Of a stretch of DNA of 64,000 nucleotides, positions 59,562 to 64,000 are shown in pieces. Below the pieces are notes generated by a model. That model ran no database searches. It was given only the letters and a program-made list of their open reading frames with translations, and had not been told where the DNA came from. The translations under genes and the position numbers were made by a program. Numbering within the stretch: the first letter of the stretch is position 1; every line of letters starts with the position of its first letter. Source of the DNA: an uncultured Verrucomicrobiae bacterium (GTDB lineage Bacteria; Verrucomicrobiota; Verrucomicrobiia; Limisphaerales; Palsa-1400); the NCBI GenBank assembly GCA_963764165.1, contig CAVXRD010000003.1:160001-224000 (forward strand). The letters are read 5' to 3'.

Positions 59562-60956
59562 TCAATTTCTCCCACTTTGATTACCTCGCACCTCCGGCAC
59601 AACGAGCCTCTCGCCACATCCGGGACACCGAAATTCCCGACCCGCCGCGTCCGCATTTACTTCAATCGGTTGATGGCATGCATCACATTCAAAGTGTGCC
59701 TCTGTGCCTACGAGTTTCGCATCGTTACTCGCCAACGCGCTAGGATCAACACTCCGGCCCCCATCGTCCACCGCAGTAACGAGCGAAATCCGGTGATCGA
59801 ATGACGCGACGAAGGCATTCCAAGACTTCGCAAACCGCTCAAGGCGCTCGGTGGAAGAAAAATGAAATTCCTCATCAAGACCGGTTTCACTCTTAAATTC
59901 CGCTTGTCCGTAGCGCACGATCGGAATCTCGAAATTATTTGCAAATCGCCTGTCCGGGCTTCCGTCCTTATTCGCTTTTACCCAGGTATGACCCACTGTT
60001 GGTGCGTCGTTTGGAACAGTTTCGGATTCCTGAAACTTAACTGCAACGGCGATTAGTTTCACGTCATGGCAATCGATGACAGAGAACGCAGTCCTAGACG
60101 CGCGGTACAAAATAAAACCCGGATATAAATAAATGTCCCCACCCTTTGCGTTTTGCAGGTGCGGCACATTCTGGTCCCAGCTAACCAGTTCACAGCGTCC
60201 TAATGAGAATTTAACTTTCTCGCGGCTTATTGCTGTGTCAGCCGTCGTTCGCTGGCGGATTTTGTCCGTAGACTGTTCCGTCTTTATGTCCCAAATTGCG
60301 GCGCATTCTGACAACGCAGTAAAGTCATCTCGCATTCTGAAAAACGGTTCAGCTTGATCTCGGGAAAGTTCAATCTGCGTAGAAATCGTTGTTAAAGAAA
60401 GTTGTTCTTCGAGTTCAGCAGCCCTTGCTCGTGCTATCTGAGCCTCGGCTCCTCGATCGACGTACGCGTCCTTAAAGAGCTTCTTCAATAGCCATCCTTC
60501 ATCCCATGACTGGAAACGGGCATTTGCGCGAGAATACTCCATTTTCGCTTTGGAAAGCTCGCTTCGAATTTGCTCGGATTCCTCGTATGCCATCCTCATT
60601 AAATCCTTCAGACCCTGGAGGCTTTCACTGGTTAATAGTTCTGTGCTCGCGCTTCGAATCTCCCTAACAGGACGACTGGTCTTGGAATCGTAAGCTGTGT
60701 CAACATCAGGTGGGGTCGCCTGTGCGCCGTCCGTCCCGCGCGAGTAGCGAACTCGATTAGTCGAATGCGTTTCACCGGAAATGTGCTCGCGAAACGATAT
60801 GCCTGTTCCCGGTATTGATGCTGTCCCAGTCACCCCCCTTGGTCCAACATTCAGCGTGAACGGCGCGCCCCCGATACTTGCACTTAAACCGGATCTCGAA
60901 AGGTTCAGCTTTAGACCGGGTATGACTTTAAACGACTGTCGAAACTGCCAACTCAT
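59562..60956 (-). CDS. DUF4236 protein with coiled coil and C-terminal zinc ribbon
   Basis: M.W.FR.S.K..PG.KLN.S.SG.S.SIG......NVG..G.....SIPGTGIS; NKDG.PDRRF; CDAC...CPGC. Confidence 0.8.
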   Translation of the reverse strand: MSWQFRQSFKVIPGLKLNLSRSGLSASIGGAPFTLNVGPRGVTGTASIPGTGISFREHISGETHSTNRVRYSRGTDGAQATPPDVDTAYDSKTSRPVREIRSASTELLTSESLQGLKDLMRMAYEESEQIRSELSKAKMEYSRANARFQSWDEGWLLKKLFKDAYVDRGAEAQIARARAAELEEQLSLTTISTQIELSRDQAEPFFRMRDDFTALSECAAIWDIKTEQSTDKIRQRTTADTAISREKVKFSLGRCELVSWDQNVPHLQNAKGGDIYLYPGFILYRASRTAFSVIDCHDVKLIAVAVKFQESETVPNDAPTVGHTWVKANKDGSPDRRFANNFEIPIVRYGQAEFKSETGLDEEFHFSSTERLERFAKSWNAFVASFDHRISLVTAVDDGGRSVDPSALASNDAKLVGTEAHFECDACHQPIEVNADAAGREFRCPGCGERLVVPEVRGNQSGRN

Positions 60957-61163
60957 GTGGTTTGGTAATAGCTGATAAGAGTCGAACGAAACCGTCTCAT
61001 TTCTCAATCGTGTTCTATTCACTTCGCAGTGTCAAGCAGGGTACCGGCTTCGGGAATGATGCAGTTGGACTTGGGATCGCGATCTTCTCTGTCGCCCCGG
61101 CCGGCTCACGCGAAAGCGTCTTCCCAACAATTTGTTCTGATCTCCCGCTGGCCTGCCACCATT

Positions 61164-61415
61164 TGGTTCATGCTCGCAAGATGCCGATGTTTTCGGCGAG
61201 ACGCCGAAAACGGCGGTCGAGACGACCGCGCTCCCCAGATCAAATCAAATTAAATGAATCGCTTCGGAGGGCGGCAGGGTTGCATTCAACCGAATTCCGT
61301 CCACCCGGATGAAATGGGGGGTGATTGAATGAGAATATTTGGGCGGACACGCAGGTCCGCCCTACCAAAATGGAGGTAGGGCGGTGCTGCGTCGCCGCCC
61401 CGATATTATTGAGAG
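61164..61415. repeat. ~250-bp REP-containing direct repeat copy 1
   Basis: Aligns with 62793-63036 apart from two short indel blocks. Confidence 0.9.
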
Positions 61416-61443
61416 CTTCACCCGCCTTCGGTCATTGCCGCCT

Positions 61444-61514
61444 ATGCCGCTCCCTACGGAGCTTGGAGCATCTTTTGGGAGTCGTTTCTACAACGATGCC
61501 GCGCCTACGGCCCT
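61444..61514. repeat. REP-like ATGCCGC..CTACGG pair
   Basis: ATGCCGCTCCCTACGGAGCTT ... ATGCCGCGCCTACGGCCCT. Confidence 0.6.
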
Positions 61515-61724
61515 TGGGTGGCTGGCGCGTTTTCCCACGGCGCTTTTATGGGTTGGAACCGGGGTTTGGGGTTCGGTTCCGAATCGAAAGGGGGAGTCAT
61601 GTATCTGCACAGTCGTCTTGAGTCCTCGGCATCTTGCCGACTGCGCAGTGTCTGGCGGCTGGACGTTTGACAGTATGGCTGGAGAGGCTTTGACTGCCAG
61701 GTTCGTTTCTGATAGAGTTCAGGC

Positions 61725-61979
61725 ATGGGAAAACAAGTCATAGTCGAAGTGCCGGAGCGCGCTGCCGAAATGTTTGGCGGCGATGACGCGCGCTTCAGCC
61801 GCGAAATGTTCGAGGCGGCGGTCGTGCAATGGTATGACGAAGGGCGCGTATCGTCGGGAAAGGGCGCCGAAATGCTGGGCTTGTCGCGCGCCGAGTTTCT
61901 TGATTTGCTCTTTCGCCACAAAGTCTCGCCTTTCCAATACACGCCGGAAGAACTTGCCGCAGAATTGAAGAGTGCCTGA
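61725..61979 (+). CDS. UPF0175-family antitoxin
   Basis: AA.V.WY.EG.VSSGKGAE.LGLSR.EF...L. Confidence 0.85.
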   Translation: MGKQVIVEVPERAAEMFGGDDARFSREMFEAAVVQWYDEGRVSSGKGAEMLGLSRAEFLDLLFRHKVSPFQYTPEELAAELKSA

Positions 61980-62463
61980 GTCCTGGGTCATCAACGCATC
62001 ACCGGTCATCCTCCTGGCAAAAGTCGGGTTGATCGAGCATGTTCCCAAATTGGCGGAAACTTTGGTCGTTCCACAGCCGGTGGTGACAGAGATTTTAAGT
62101 CATCGCGAAAGAGATGCCGCGGCAATATGGCTGGAAACCGCGGGGAAAAATTTTGTTCGGCCGGCCGTCGCGGAATTGCGGCAATTGTCCACGACGGCAA
62201 TGGGTTTGGGCGAACGCGCCGTGATTTCATTTGCGGCGGCAAACTCTGGCTTCATTGCCGTGCTGGACGATCTTGAAGCGCGCGCGACTGCTCATCGTCT
62301 TGGAATTAGAACGCTGGGAACAGTAGGAGTCGTTTTGCGATTGAAGAACGCCGGACGGATCGCGGATGCTAAATCACATCTGCAGCAAATCAGACGAGTC
62401 GGCGGCTACATGAGCGATGAATTATTTCGCGAGGCATTGCGACAAGTTGGAGAGAGTCCTTGA
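61972..62463 (+). CDS. DUF3368 PIN-like toxin
   Basis: VINASP.I.L, P..V..EI, G.GE...I..A, DD..AR..A..LG....GT.G. Confidence 0.88.
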   Translation: MPESWVINASPVILLAKVGLIEHVPKLAETLVVPQPVVTEILSHRERDAAAIWLETAGKNFVRPAVAELRQLSTTAMGLGERAVISFAAANSGFIAVLDDLEARATAHRLGIRTLGTVGVVLRLKNAGRIADAKSHLQQIRRVGGYMSDELFREALRQVGESP

Positions 62464-62645
62464 GCGGGTAGTCCCATTTGCGATTTTTGCAAAAGTCCTT
62501 TTCCGGCGCTCGAACCGCGCAGGCGTTCCAAAGCCTCGCGCTGCCGCGCCTCCGTCAGGGAAACCACCTGCTCGCGGACGATCCATTGCTCGTCAGGCGC
62601 GAGCTTTTTGAAATCATCCAGCAGTTTAGTCGCAATAGCCGTCAT
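62406..62645 (-). pseudogene. Probable 5' fragment of a small antitoxin-like gene
   Basis: MTAIATKLLDDFKKLAPDEQWIVREQV...LERLRGSSAGKGLL, then reads into the antisense of the DUF3368 gene; no partner toxin. Confidence 0.4.
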
Positions 62646-62792
62646 TGGAAAAAATTACCTTGAGACAGGCGAGGAATCAAGGTTCCTGACTGTTTTCAGT
62701 GGGGAGTGGATTTGTCTTTGTATTCCTCTGCGCACTCATCTTCTTTGCGCGAAAATTCTCTTCCCTCTGGTGGTGTTGACCCCTTTTCCGCG

Positions 62793-63036
62793 TGGTTCAG
62801 ACTCGCAAGATGCTGATGTTTTCGGCGAGACGCTGAAAACGGCGGTCGAGACGACCGCGCTCCCCATCGCTCCTGATGGCGGCAGGGTTGCATTCAACCG
62901 AATTTCGTCCGCCCGGAAGAAATGGGGGGGTGATTGAATTGGAAGCGGGTGGGAATATTTGGGCGGACACGCAGGTCCGCCCTACCAAAATGGGAGGTAG
63001 GGCGGTGCTGCGTCGCCGCCCTAATATTATTGGGAG
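62793..63036. repeat. ~250-bp direct repeat copy 2
   Basis: See 61164-61415. Confidence 0.9.
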
Positions 63037-63038
63037 TT

Positions 63039-63247
63039 CCGGACGCCGGGTAAGGGGACCCGGCCTACAATTCGGAATTTGGAATTGGCAGCGCCCCTGT
63101 AGGCCGCGCGCCTTCATGCGGCGTTCCATTATTTTGGGGAGCACACACGCCCTCGCGTGTTGTGTTCGGCGCCGTCGCCGAACACTCCGATGGGGGCGAA
63201 TCGGCGGAGGCGCCGATTGTCTGCACGCGAGGCGCGTGCGCCCCCAA
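63039..63247. repeat. REP cluster
   Basis: CCGGCCTACA/TGTAGGCCG pair; GGGGAGCACACACGCCCTCGCGTG...GCACGCGAGGCGCGTGCGCCCCC. Confidence 0.75.
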
Positions 63248-63248
63248 C

Positions 63249-64000
63249 TCAAATCAACGGAACATAAATATCCGTGAAACCAAACGTCGGCGGCATCCCT
63301 TCCGGGCCATTCACCGCAACTAATAGCGACGGGGCCTTTCGCGCTTTGCGGCCGCTCGTGGGCAGCCATGTGTGGAATAATTTCTCGTAACCCTTGGCGA
63401 CCGAGCCAAGCGGGCAGTTCCTTGCCACCACATAATCGCCGCCCGCCAGCGTTTGCACGCGCATTGGCTTGGTGGGCGCGTAATTTTCGTCCACCGTCGC
63501 GCAGGCGTCGTAACGCAATTTTTCGGGCGGCGTGACCTTTGGATCATCCAGGGGCACGCCGATGAACGACGAATCTTTGCCGGGCTGGCCGTCCTTCTTG
63601 AGCATCGCCCTGAAATCCACCCACACCTGATGCGCTCCGTTGTATGGCCCGACATGCCGCATGTAGGCGACCCGCTGCGGCTCCAGCGTCGTCACTTCGA
63701 TCTTCATTTGCTCCGCCTTCTTTACCGCCCGCTTGGGCTGCAACGGCATATATATATCCACCCGTCGTTTCGTGTTCTCGACCGCCTTCTGGGCATCGAC
63801 CAGCACCAAAAAGCTCGGCAAAGGCCGCAATTCCCTGGCACTCCGCGCGAGCCATTTGCCGTACAAATAGTGGTAGGCGTCCTTGATTTTCCCGAACGGG
63901 CAATTTTTCGCCACTGCGTACTCGCCGCCGGGGATGGTCTGCAACGCCACCGGCTCCTTCGGCTCGTAGTCTTCTGCCACCGTGATGCAGGCATCGTAAC
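63249..64000 (-). CDS. Protein with tandem GyrI-like domains (partial, 5' end outside the window)
   Basis: Two YDAC.TV.E.Y.P...QT..GG.Y.VA.NCP units; VAYMRHVGPY; frame open to the window edge. Confidence 0.85.
   Translation of the reverse strand, partial: YDACITVAEDYEPKEPVALQTIPGGEYAVAKNCPFGKIKDAYHYLYGKWLARSARELRPLPSFLVLVDAQKAVENTKRRVDIYMPLQPKRAVKKAEQMKIEVTTLEPQRVAYMRHVGPYNGAHQVWVDFRAMLKKDGQPGKDSSFIGVPLDDPKVTPPEKLRYDACATVDENYAPTKPMRVQTLAGGDYVVARNCPLGSVAKGYEKLFHTWLPTSGRKARKAPSLLVAVNGPEGMPPTFGFTDIYVPLI

Overview
A 64-kb chromosomal segment of a GC-rich bacterium, most likely Verrucomicrobia (Pedosphaera/Limisphaera-like). That call is inferred from a DUF1559-type pseudopilin, a TIGR04138-like gene, Asn/Thr-rich exoproteins and many GTAG-type palindromic repeats. 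The left half (about 6-37 kb) looks like a SusC/D-free polysaccharide-utilisation locus: two sensor kinase/NarL-LuxR pairs (one with a circularly permuted PA14), a pseudopilin, a 4x CBM20-like protein, an SGNH-TPR protein, GH79 and large exoproteins. Four exoproteins share a C-terminal sorting-like domain, the two largest share an unnamed ~185-aa domain (4 copies), and three of the four genes share an upstream 16-bp operator. The right half has housekeeping genes (tRNA-Val, HU, leuS, msrA, Ser/Thr kinase operon), a gene-poor 1.4-kb stretch with a dif-like site where gene orientation flips, an intact IS66 inserted into a REP arm, and a HEPN/DUF4236 islet. The window holds five toxin-antitoxin modules in all. 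Two of them sit in ~1.2-1.4-kb islets bounded by long imperfect direct repeats (including a duplicated msrA 5' end) with no integrase, and a Y1/RAYT-like transposase relic lies among the other TA genes. All family calls are by eye from motifs; no database searches were run.
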